Positions 9,708-20,000 of a DNA stretch of 30,132 nt are shown here, piece by piece. The stretch is from positions 1 through 30,132 of IMG/VR virus record IMGVR_UViG_3300033067_000617; one strand, 5' to 3'. Each line of letters opens with the position of its first letter. Positions within the stretch are counted from its first letter, which is position 1. Under the pieces are notes generated by a model. The model was not told where the DNA came from, did not search any database, and saw only the letters and a program-made list of their open reading frames with translations. Source of the DNA: a virus. Taxonomy: Duplodnaviria; Caudoviricetes. Made by a program: the position numbers and the translations under genes.

Positions 9708-9716
9708 TGCTACAAT
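9708..9716 (+). promoter_or_regulatory. Putative extended -10 promoter
   Basis: TGCTACAAT (TGn + TACAAT) in an intergenic gap; no good -35. Confidence 0.45.
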
Positions 9717-9730
9717 GAGGTTATTCAAAT

Positions 9731-9755
9731 AGGCCCGGATTCGTCCGGGCTTTTT
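9731..9755 (+). terminator. Rho-independent terminator
   Basis: AGGCCCGGA-TTCG-TCCGGGCTTTTT. Confidence 0.85.
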
Positions 9756-9774
9756 GCGTTTATAGGGGGTAAAG

Positions 9775-10755
9775 ATGGGCCTGGTGTCCAACAAGATGGG
9801 CCAAGACTGGAATGCTTACTGGTCTGGCTCGAAGGCTGGCGATAGCCAGTCCTGGGTGAATGGCACGCTGACGCGCAACAATGACGGATCGGCCACCTAT
9901 AAGCGCAATGACGGCTCCAGCGTGAACTTCAACCAAGGCACGGCGATAGATGAATTGGCATCGGGAAACAAGGATATCGCCAATGCCTGGGGCAACACCT
10001 ACGGCTACAAGCCGGATTCCGAAGTCAAAATTCCTGAATTCAAGATGCCGACAGCGGCAACGGGTGGCGGCCCAGGCGCGGTGACGCGCAGCGTGACTGA
10101 CAACGAGCTGACATCGAGCAACCTGACCAAGCTGCTGCAGGGCGATTCGCCGTACATCAAGCAGGCAATGGACAGGTCGCTGCAGACGATGGGCGAGCGT
10201 GGGCTGGTGAATTCATCGCTGGCGGCCGGCGCCGGCACGGCAGCGGCGATTGACGCTGCATTGCCGATTGCCAGCGCCGATGCCAGCGCATACGGTACAG
10301 CGGCGCGAGACAACCAGAGCGCGCAAAACAATTTCAATCTGGCCGACAAGCAGGCGGCCAACAGCGCGGCGATTGCCGGCATGCAGATGGCCGGTCAGGC
10401 GCAACTTGCTGGCATCAATGCCGCTTATCAGCAGCAGGCGCAGGATCGGCAATTCGGCCAGCAGTTCCAGCTGCAGCAGAATCAAAACGATTTCAATGCC
10501 AAGCAGCTGCGTGATCAGCAGCAGTTCCAGCTTGATCAGCTGAAAATCAACATGGATCTGGCGTATGACAAGATGACGCTGGATCAGACCAATACCTATG
10601 CGCAGGGCTATCTGAATATCGTCAACAGCAATATGCCGGCTGCGGATAAGGCGATTGCTTTGTCTGGTTACTCGGCCATCTACGGATTTAGCGACGGCAT
10701 GGCCACCGATACCACGATTGATCTATCTGCGTTGCCAGCGGCGGGTGGCGGCTGA
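9775..10755 (+). CDS. Putative internal virion / DNA ejection protein
   Basis: Ala/Gln-rich; RGLVNSSLAAGAG and ALPIASADA motifs; position after the tail genes. Confidence 0.6.
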   Translation: MGLVSNKMGQDWNAYWSGSKAGDSQSWVNGTLTRNNDGSATYKRNDGSSVNFNQGTAIDELASGNKDIANAWGNTYGYKPDSEVKIPEFKMPTAATGGGPGAVTRSVTDNELTSSNLTKLLQGDSPYIKQAMDRSLQTMGERGLVNSSLAAGAGTAAAIDAALPIASADASAYGTAARDNQSAQNNFNLADKQAANSAAIAGMQMAGQAQLAGINAAYQQQAQDRQFGQQFQLQQNQNDFNAKQLRDQQQFQLDQLKINMDLAYDKMTLDQTNTYAQGYLNIVNSNMPAADKAIALSGYSAIYGFSDGMATDTTIDLSALPAAGGG

Positions 10756-12137
10756 TGGCTGAGTTGGCCGAATACCAGCAGTGGCTGCGCGACGGCATCA
10801 AGGCTGGCGCAGCGGGTGACAAGAACAACAAGTATCTGGCGCACCTTGCGCAGTACGGCGGCGATGCGCCGTTTTACGGCGGCAAAGCGCAGTTCGGCAA
10901 CCTGCAGTATCGCGCCAACAACATGAGCAATGGGCGCGACCTTGGATCGGCGCTCACGGGCATGTCAGGCGCTGAATTGCAGTCGATGTTGCGCGACAAG
11001 ATCAATGCCCGCAGCACGACGCAGAAAAACTGGAACGACTCGGGGCAGGAGTACGAAACCGAAAGCCAGTGGGCGGCGCTGAACCCGCGTGATCTGGCAG
11101 AAGTCGATAAGATCGACCCGAACAAGCGCTATATCTATTCCGCAGACGACGCCCATGATTACGGCGCGCGAACCGTTACCGGCGGTCTTGGACAATACCG
11201 GGAGGCGGCCGGTGACTTTGATCCGTCCAAGTTCGCAGGCAGCGAAGTTATCCGCCCCGGTGAGCTGGATAACTTCGTCAACAACGTCAAGGATATGTAT
11301 GGCGAGCAGTTCGATAGCGCATGGAAAGCGCAGATTGAGCCAAAGCTGCGTAAGGCCGGCGCCAAAGGCGACTTGTCTGCGGTGCGTGACAAGACGCGTG
11401 CGAACTATCTCGATACCGGCATCCCCTGGCAAAACCTACTCAAATACGACGAGAACATCGGCCTATATGCGCCGATGGGGAGCGTCAAGCACGTAGATGA
11501 TCAAGGCGGTGGCTGGGCCAAGTATGGCGATGCGTGGACGAAAGCTATTTTTTCCGTTGCTGCAACGATTGCAACGGCAGGTCAGGCGGCCCCAATGATC
11601 GGCAGCGCGGTGGCAGGCGCGACAGGATCGGCTGCAGCCGGAACCGTTGCTGCAGGCGCGGCTCAAGGCATCGCCGGCAATCTGATCGGCTCCGGCATCA
11701 CCGGCACGAAGCTAAGCGGTAAAGGGCTGGCCACCAGTGCGCTGATGGGCGGGCTGACGCCTTATGCCAATGCCAATCTCGGCCAGTACATCACGCGCCC
11801 AGGCACCACGGCTCTGCTGGAAACGATCCGGCAGGCGGCAACCAACAAGGGCAAGATTGACCCGCGTCTGGTGCTGGCCACCACGGCAGGCAGCGAGGCG
11901 GCTGGCTGGGTTGGCGGGCAGCTGAAAGATAGCGGCATTGTTGGCAAGTTCATCGGTGGCGTGACGGGCGGGGCGGTCAAGCAAGGCGTGAGCGGCAGGC
12001 CGATGGACGGCGCAGGCATGGCGCTGTCTGGCGTTGGCAATACCGGCGAGGCTGGCAGTGTCATGGCCAAGGTGATGCGGACATATCAAGGACAACAGGC
12101 GCTGCGGCAATACATGGCGCAGCGGCAGAGGGGGTAA
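10755..12137 (+). CDS. Putative internal virion protein with Gly/Ala-rich hydrophobic C-half
   Basis: TGATG coupling; glycine-zipper-like segments. Confidence 0.55.
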   Translation: MAELAEYQQWLRDGIKAGAAGDKNNKYLAHLAQYGGDAPFYGGKAQFGNLQYRANNMSNGRDLGSALTGMSGAELQSMLRDKINARSTTQKNWNDSGQEYETESQWAALNPRDLAEVDKIDPNKRYIYSADDAHDYGARTVTGGLGQYREAAGDFDPSKFAGSEVIRPGELDNFVNNVKDMYGEQFDSAWKAQIEPKLRKAGAKGDLSAVRDKTRANYLDTGIPWQNLLKYDENIGLYAPMGSVKHVDDQGGGWAKYGDAWTKAIFSVAATIATAGQAAPMIGSAVAGATGSAAAGTVAAGAAQGIAGNLIGSGITGTKLSGKGLATSALMGGLTPYANANLGQYITRPGTTALLETIRQAATNKGKIDPRLVLATTAGSEAAGWVGGQLKDSGIVGKFIGGVTGGAVKQGVSGRPMDGAGMALSGVGNTGEAGSVMAKVMRTYQGQQALRQYMAQRQRG

Positions 12138-12139
12138 GC

Positions 12140-12637
12140 GTGAGCAATTACGATTTCAGTGAGGTTGAAAGCCTGTTTCAGTGGGATGACGGCGGCGCTG
12201 GCGAATTTGAGCAGGCCGCAACCGGTGGCCAATATCCTGACTATTCCGGCATGTTCGATTTCGGTAGCGGTGCATTGTCTGATGAAGAACTTGGCGCTGT
12301 TGGCAATTATCTGGCGCAGAACGGCATCGATATCAATACGCTGATGGCCGACAGCAAGCCGGGCTTGTGGGATAGCGTCAAGGATGGCGCTAGCAGCCTT
12401 GGTAGCGCATGGAAGAACCTTGGCCCGGCAGGTCAGATGGTACTTGGCAGCGCGGCGGCGGGCGGCCTGTCAACCTATCTGCAGAACCGGCAGCGTGATC
12501 AGGAGCTGGCCAGTCTGACCGGCATGAAAGAAGAAGAATTCAACCGGGCTTTGACATTGAAGAGGGCGCCGACCAATAAGGTGGCGGATGTGAATCACTT
12601 TCAAGGCATGATCAATTCGTTGCGGGGTAAACAGTAA
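12140..12637 (+). CDS. Putative ejection protein
   Basis: GTG start with SD GAGGGGG; in the coupled ejection-gene cluster. Confidence 0.55.
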   Translation: MSNYDFSEVESLFQWDDGGAGEFEQAATGGQYPDYSGMFDFGSGALSDEELGAVGNYLAQNGIDINTLMADSKPGLWDSVKDGASSLGSAWKNLGPAGQMVLGSAAAGGLSTYLQNRQRDQELASLTGMKEEEFNRALTLKRAPTNKVADVNHFQGMINSLRGKQ

Positions 12638-13173
12638 TGGCTGGATTGGTGACGAAAGCACTGGGGCGCAACCCGGAGCAGCAGGAAGAAATGCAGGAGC
12701 CGGCGGACAATCCGCAGGAAGAAATGGCGGAAACCGGCGCAAGTGCTGGCAAGTCGGCCGCAGGCTCTTGGAACGGTGACAAGGTGCTGCAGACGGCAAC
12801 GCAGCTGGCTTTTGAAACGCTGTATTCCGAGGGCGGATTTCAGGCGCTGGAGGAACGGCTTGCCGGCGCGCAGGATCTGCCGGCAGATATGGCGGATATC
12901 GTTGCCAACGCGATGCGCGCCGCGATGGCCAAGGCGCAGGGGAATGGCCGCACGATCCCAGGCGATACGCTGGATAAGCTGGCTAAAACGCTGGTTTTTG
13001 AGGTGCTGCAGGTTGCGGAAATCATGGGGCTGCTGCAGAAGGAACAAGGCGCGGGCATGGCGCGCCAGGTATTGCAGATGGCGTTGCAAGCGTTTGCGCA
13101 GCCGAAACAACCGCAACAGCAGCCACCACAAGGCGCGGCGGGCATGGTGCCGCAACAAGCAGAAGGGATGTAA
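12637..13173 (+). CDS. Hypothetical virion protein
   Basis: TAATG coupling; helical with Gln/Pro tail. Confidence 0.6.
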   Translation: MAGLVTKALGRNPEQQEEMQEPADNPQEEMAETGASAGKSAAGSWNGDKVLQTATQLAFETLYSEGGFQALEERLAGAQDLPADMADIVANAMRAAMAKAQGNGRTIPGDTLDKLAKTLVFEVLQVAEIMGLLQKEQGAGMARQVLQMALQAFAQPKQPQQQPPQGAAGMVPQQAEGM

Positions 13174-13175
13174 TC

Positions 13176-13964
13176 ATGGGCGGATTCGTAGAGGCAATGT
13201 TGGGTGCCGGCATCGGCGCGGCAGGCTCGGTGGTAGCCAATGCCAAGCATGATCAGCAGCAACTGGATGCGGATGCGGCAGAAGGCCGGATCATGAACCG
13301 AGAGGCGGCGCTGATGTATCTGCGCGACAAGTACGCCAAAGGCCAAGCGGAATATGGCGACAAGCTAGCCCGTGGGCGGGCAGAGCATCAGCAGAAACTG
13401 CAACTGGATGGGCTGAATGCGCCGCAGGCCGTTGAGGCAGAGCAGCGCAAACGGCAAAGCGAGATTGATGATTACGACATCAAGAGCGACATCGATCAGT
13501 ATAAATGGGCGAATCAAAACAAAGTTACCCACAAGCAGGCGCTGGAGTTGCTGGAGAAACAACAAGCGGGCCAGAGAAGCCTGCTCAATACGAGGCTGGC
13601 TGCGAAAGGCGGCAAATCCGGTGGCGCAGATGACGACGAGCTTGGCAATCCGGACTTTGTTGAGGGCCGCAAAGACCTGTATTCGTACCTTGGCGTTGAT
13701 GATGACCCATCGAAAGTGAATTTGTTGGCGGCACGACTTGGGTTGCCTGAAAAAGCCAAGCCGAAGGACGCGCGTGAGGTGCTGAAAGCAGCAACCTATG
13801 TACTGTCAGCCAACCCGAATCTTGCGCCAGATGAGGCGCTGCAGATGGGTAAGGACTTGGCCTACAAGAAAACCAAACTAACCACGGCAACGCTGCCAAA
13901 TGGCCAGCGTATGCAGTATTTCAACGTCGATGGCCGGCGCTACGGTTACGGCCGCCCCAACTAA
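13176..13964 (+). CDS. Putative ejection protein
   Basis: Gly-rich hydrophobic N-terminus followed by coiled coil. Confidence 0.6.
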   Translation: MGGFVEAMLGAGIGAAGSVVANAKHDQQQLDADAAEGRIMNREAALMYLRDKYAKGQAEYGDKLARGRAEHQQKLQLDGLNAPQAVEAEQRKRQSEIDDYDIKSDIDQYKWANQNKVTHKQALELLEKQQAGQRSLLNTRLAAKGGKSGGADDDELGNPDFVEGRKDLYSYLGVDDDPSKVNLLAARLGLPEKAKPKDAREVLKAATYVLSANPNLAPDEALQMGKDLAYKKTKLTTATLPNGQRMQYFNVDGRRYGYGRPN

Positions 13965-13987
13965 ACAACACGCTCCCCAATTCAATC

Positions 13988-14018
13988 AGGCCCGGCACTC
14001 GTCGGGCCTTTTGTTTTT
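13988..14018 (+). terminator. Rho-independent terminator
   Basis: AGGCCCGGC-ACTC-GTCGGGCCT followed by TTTGTTTTT, just before the SD of the giant gene. Confidence 0.75.
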
Positions 14019-14028
14019 CTGAGGCCAA

Positions 14029-17000
14029 ATGTCCAAGAAGAAAGTTGTATTCGACGCCTATGCGTTGCTGAACTCGCCGGAAATGTCCGCCTATCTGGAT
14101 AAGCAGGAAGCCGAACAGGCCGAGCAGAAAAAGAGGCTTGTCGCTGAACAAGAGGCGAAGCAGCGCAAAACAGGTGGCCAGCAATCCCGTTCGGTGTCTG
14201 ATGACGAGTTATCGCCAGAAGCGTTGAGGCGCGACAACATCAGCCAGACAACAGGCGATATTACAGGCCGTGCAAACGATGTATGGCAGGCGCTCAAGAG
14301 TGGTGGTGCGACACTGATTCAGGGTGCTGGCTGGCTAGCGAACGAAGCCGGCGCGCATGATTCTGGCCAGTTCCTGCAGGACATTGGCCAGATCGGACAA
14401 GAGCAGGCGCTGGCCAACATGACGCAAGCCGGGCGTGAGGCGCAGAAGAACGGGGTGTTCAAGGAGGATCTGAGCGGCGTCAATGATGATTGGGGCCGTG
14501 GCATGGCGCAAGGCATTGCCGGATCTGCTGTGCCGTCGATTGTCGGTGCCATGCTGGGGGCGCCGATTGCGCGTGGCATTGGTGCAGCGGGTGAGGCGGT
14601 GCTTGGCCGTGCGGTGGTATCTGATGGCGCGCTGGGTTCGGTGCTGGATGCGGCAACAAAATACACCCCCGCACCTATCATGCGTCTGACTGGCGCATTG
14701 CCTGGCGCTGCGGGAGCGGGCGCGGGTGAGGCTGCAGTGACTGGCGCAACCAATGGCGCGCAGGCATATCAGGAAGTGATGGACGCGCCGATTGAATCGC
14801 TGCGCAAATCGCCGGCATTCCAGAGCCTGAGCAAAGAGCTTGGCAGCGAGGATGCGGCACGCAAGGCCATTGCCGACCGTGTGTCGATCCAGACCGCAAA
14901 GGACACTGCGCTGTCTACCGGCCTGATTGGCGCGGCAATGGGCGGCGGTGCAGTCGGTTCGCTGCTGAACAAGTTTGCCGTCAAGCAGGGCGCCAAGGAA
15001 GTTGGCAAACTTGGCGCCAAGGCTGCTGCAAAAGAAGTGCTGAAAGATGGCGCAAAGGAGTTTGCAGAGGAATTCGCGCAATCCGGCCCGGAGCATTACC
15101 TGCAGAATGCCGCCAAACGCGATTACCTTGACCCGACCATCGACCCGTCAACCGGCATGTTGCGCGCTTCGCTGGAAGGTGGCGTAGTTGGCATGGGCCA
15201 GGGCATGGGGATGTCGGGTGGTGCGCATGCCGTGAATCACCTGCTGACGCGAAACGATCCGCAGCCAGCAAAACAACCACAGCCGCAACCACAACCCGCG
15301 CCAGTTGCCACGCCAGAATCCGTTGCCGGTTACGACCCCATCGCGCCGAATCAGGCCGATCTGCTGCGCCGCATGGGTGTTGAGGCTGACCCGGTAGCGG
15401 ATGCAGCCGCAGCATCGGTGGAATCGGTGCTGGGCGCTGGCGACCCGACCGCCGGGCTAGTGGCCAGCGTAATGCGTGGCGAGGCGCTGCAGCCTATCCA
15501 CGATATGGCGGCGGTGCGCGCCAATACGGTGTTGCCGGTCGGATCGAATGAGGGCGGGCTGTATGAGCCGCAATGGCTGCCGGATGCAGAGCAAGGCGAA
15601 TCGTCCAACGGCATGCGGATGCCGCGCCGTGGCTTCGACTCGCAGGAGCAAATGCTTGCCAATGCCGGCATGGATGCCCGCGACGTACAGCGCAAGGCGG
15701 ATATCGCCAGCCAGGTTGATGCCGCATGGGCGCAGCAACAAAACCCGGTTCAGAAGGCCCGCGAACTGGAATCGCTGGCGCAGGAATCGGCCGTGCCGGT
15801 GGCGATTGATCGTGCAGAACAGTCGAACCAGATCAATCAGGTATTGGCGAATGCGGCCGGTGAAGGCGAGTCGGTGCCGAATGCGATGCAGTTGGCGCTG
15901 CAGCGGGCGCAGAATCAGGGCGCGGCGGCAAAACCTGAAGAAAATACGCAAAAAACCGCAAAAAGTTTCATGACCGATGGCGCATCGGATGTGGTAGCAC
16001 CACAAACAATCACGTCACAGCATGGCATTGCACATGCCATTACCGAGCCGGATCAGGCCGATACAGCTCCGAACATTTCTGACAAAGCTCCGAGTATTCC
16101 GGCTCCAGCTCCGAACATTTCCAGCGATCCGGCGCTCACCATGCAGCAAACCGAGCGCGGCCAGTGGCTGATCAAGGGCGACATGGCGCAGCATGCCGGT
16201 GCTATTCGTGACGCGCTCAAGGGTATGAATGTACTCGTCAGCCCGAAGAAAGGGCAGGCGCTGGTGGCGATGCCGAAGGACAAGGACACCAGCAAGCAAG
16301 CGAAGGCTATCCGCAAGGCGCTGGATCATCTGCTGTTGAACGGCGAGCAATTGGCGCAACGTGACGCGCAACGCGCCCAAGCCGGTGAACGCATGCAGGC
16401 GCGGAACAAGCAGGCGCTGCAGGTTGATCATGCTAACGACGACATTTTGCAGGCCATTGCAAAAATGGGCGGCATCGACACCGAGCAGGCGCTGTCTGAG
16501 TGGTGGCGCGGTCAGTCAGAAACTGTCGGCCATTACAACGCAGAGGTGCCGGGCAATCTGCGCCGGCAAGGTGCGTTTGCCTTCAAGCGCGGCGGCCAGC
16601 CGATTGACACCGTGATTCGCCGGCTGGAAGGTGAAGGCTATTTGCCGGAAGGCGCAACGCCGAATGATCTGCTGGATGCCATCGAGCAACGCCGGCTGCA
16701 CCCGGCCGGCATGGAAGAACAGGCCCGCCGCGAATTTGATGCCCGTCAGCAAGAAGAACAGGCCAATGCACCGGGCGAGTTTCAGCAGGCGTATGATGAG
16801 GGCAGGTTTGCGGATGAATTTACCAAGCGCGAACTGGAAGAAGAAACCGATTATTTTGAGTTGAATCGCCAGAATCGCGAAGCCGCAGAGGATGCCGCAG
16901 CGACGGCAGAAGCGGCCGAGCTAGACAGACTTATTGATAACGCCCCGGTGATTGCAAGCAAATCCGGGCCAGTGACAGAGGAAGAACTAGATGCCATCTT

Positions 17001-20000
17001 CGGCCAACAACCGAGAAACACCGCAGCAGAAGGCACGCAGACTGATCGAGAGCCTGCCGCCGGAAGATCAATGGAAGGTACTGAAAGTGGCACGGCAACT
17101 GCAGAAGCTGCGCCAGAAGAAGATGGATTCGGCCTTGCCGGCTACACAGAAAGCGATCTCCGACGCGAAGAACGGGCCGCCGAGCAACAGCAACGAGAAG
17201 TAGAGCGCCAGCGCGCCGCTGCCGACAAGGCGCGCCAGGACGAGGAAACCCGCAAGGAAATCCGCCGCCGCTCTGAGGCTGCGGCTGATACGTTCACGCT
17301 GGGCGGAAACGCCGAGGACAATCTGACCGGGCAGGGCGGGTTGTTTGATGCGCCGGCGGAATCGAGTAGCGAACAAAATGCCGACCGCTCGCCGGAAAAA
17401 GTGCCAGATTTGGCACCAAATGCGGCGAGTAGCGCGGAAATGGACGCGCTTAAAGCGGAAATGGGCGATGCAATTGGCGAACTGGCATCGATCCTTGGTG
17501 CGCGCAAAAACCTGACGCCAGAAGAAGAATCGAGAATCATCCCGGTCATGTCCAAGATTTTCCGGATCGCGGCCAAGATGGGGTTTGTGAAGTTCCGCGA
17601 CGCGGCGCAGCATGTGATGAGCCAGATCCGACAGCTGGCCGGTGACGAAATCGCGGACAAGCTGAGCATTGATAACCTGCAGGCTGGGTATATCAACATT
17701 GCCAGCGAGATTGGCGGTGATAAGCGCGAAGCGCTGGCGTATGATTCAATTGAGCAACTAGAGAAAGATAAAGATCATGTCACTGACCAGCGTAGCGGCT
17801 CCGATCTGGAACGAAATAGCGCAGACGCAACACCTGAAAACGGCGTGGGCGCGCAAGGCGTTCGCGCTGGACGGGCAGGGAATGGCCGAACTGGAAGATC
17901 AGGAGTGGAAAGCACTCAAGGCGAAGTCGGACAGCGAGACAGCATCGGCCCTGATGAACGTGAAGCCGCTGATTCTGGAGAACGTAGCGATAGCGAAGTT
18001 TACGCAGGATCACCCATCGTTACGCCAGGTTCTGCCGGAAGTCGTGTCGATATCGGAAGCACTGATTCTGGCATCCCAGGATTACCCGTTGAACCGCAAG
18101 CAACAAGCCAGATTGCGCGAGTTGCTAAAAGCGACCATCGAAAACAGTTAGCCAAGGACGAGCAGCGAGAGGCCGACAAGCACGCAGCCAATGCGAGCGT
18201 TGCCGATGCGCTGCCGATCCTGACAGAAGGCCAGCAACAGGACGTGGTGAAGGCCGAGGCGCGTTTCGCATTGCCAGATGGCTACGGCATGCTGTTCACC
18301 AATGGCACCGGCACAGGCAAGACCTTTACCGGGCTGGGTGTTATCAAGCGGTTCGTCAATAACGGCAAGACCAATATCCTTGTCGTTGCACCTAACGACA
18401 AAATCATTGAGGACTGGCAGCGATCCGGCAAGATGCTTGGGCTGGATCTGGCGCGACTGGCAAACACCAGCGAAGCAGGCAAGGGGCTGGTGATCACCAC
18501 CTATGCCAACATGGGGGCCAATAACGCTCTGGCTGGACGGGATTGGGATCTTGTTGTTCACGACGAGGCGCATTACCTTGCCATGGACAAGGACGGCACC
18601 AATACCAACGCGCTGAAAGTGTTGCGCGCCATTTCCTTGCACCATGACGGCGCCTACCATCGCCACGCCATGCTGAACGCTGACGAGATTGCACTGGCCA
18701 ATCGCCTTGCCAAAGAGGCCGAGATGCAGCGCACGTCTGACAACGAGCAGGAGTGGTATCTGGCCAATGAGACACAGGCCAAGGCGGACAAGCTCGCCAA
18801 TGAGTTGAGCAAGAAGCTGGACGCCATCAAGGCGGATGTGGCGTCGCGCCAGGGTGCGGCACGCACGCGGGTTGTATTCCTTTCTGCCACGCCTTTTGCC
18901 TACGAAAAAACCATCGATTGGGCGAACGGCTACCTGTTTGACTACAACGAAGGCCGCAGCAACGAGGAAAACAGCTATCGCGGCTACAACCAAGGCAGCA
19001 ACCGCGAGCAGTTTTTCATGCAGCACCTTGGATACCGGATGCGCTACGGCAAGCTGACAGCGCCGGATGCCAAGGTGGATGCCGGGCTGATGCAGCGCCA
19101 GTTCAATGCCTACCTGAAAAAGAAAGGATCGCTGTCTGGTCGCATGCTGGACGTGAAAGCGGACTATGACCGCCGCTTTATTCTGGTGGATTCCGCCATT
19201 GGCAAGCGCATCGATGATGCTTTCGAGTGGCTGAGAGACAAATCAGCCGGCACCGATGCGTCAGCGACAGAATATCGGAGCATGATCGACCATCTGTATG
19301 AAAAGTTCGATTATCTGGCGCGGCGCTATCTGCTGGAATCGATCAAGGCGCGTGAGGTTGTGCCGCATATCCGTGAGCACATGGCGCTAGGTCGGAAAGT
19401 CGTTGTTTTCCATGACTACAAAAAAGGCGGCGGATTTAACCCATTTATTTTCAGCGGCGAAATGTTCGACCACAACGCCGTTGACGCCTTCAATCAAGAA
19501 TTCCGCGACATCATCAATTCCAGTCTTTTCCGCCAGTCATCACCGATTGATATGTTCAAGCAGGAGTTTCCTGATGTGCTGCTGTTCAATGGCGACGTGC
19601 CAGCCAATCAGCGCCGCGCCAATGTGGCGAAGTTTCAGGATGACGCCAGCGGGCCGCAGATCATCCTGGTTCAATCGGCCGCAGGCAAGGAGGGGATTAG
19701 CCTGCACGACACAACCGGCAAGCATCAGCGCGTGCTGTTCAATCTTGGCCAGCCGACGCAACCCACCACCGCGATTCAGCAAGAGGGCAGGATCTACCGC
19801 ACCGGGCAGGTGACGGATGCAATTTTCCGCTACTTGAACACTGGCACCAATTGGGAAAAATTGGCGTTCGCCACCACTATCGCCCAGCGCGCCAGCGCGG
19901 CTGAGAACCTTGGCATGGGCGAAATGGCGCGTGCGCTGAAAGACGCATTCATTGCTGGTTTCGAGGAATCCGACAACTACCGTGCGGGCATGGAAGGCGA

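Noticed and set aside
10420-10540. Gln-rich QQFQL repeats
   Set aside because: Ordinary low-complexity coiled coil of ejection proteins
16065-16122. Possible mini-CRISPR
   Set aside because: Repeats are 15 bp with 6-bp gaps, in-frame in a CDS, and there are no cas genes
18640-18860. Possible intein between helicase motifs II and III
   Set aside because: Helical insert without intein terminal or LAGLIDADG motifs
19403-19813. Other same-strand alternative-frame ORFs in the giant gene (15476, 16631, 19403, 22397)
   Set aside because: Rich in R/S/C/W, with codon bias staying in the main frame, unlike 16991 and 17777
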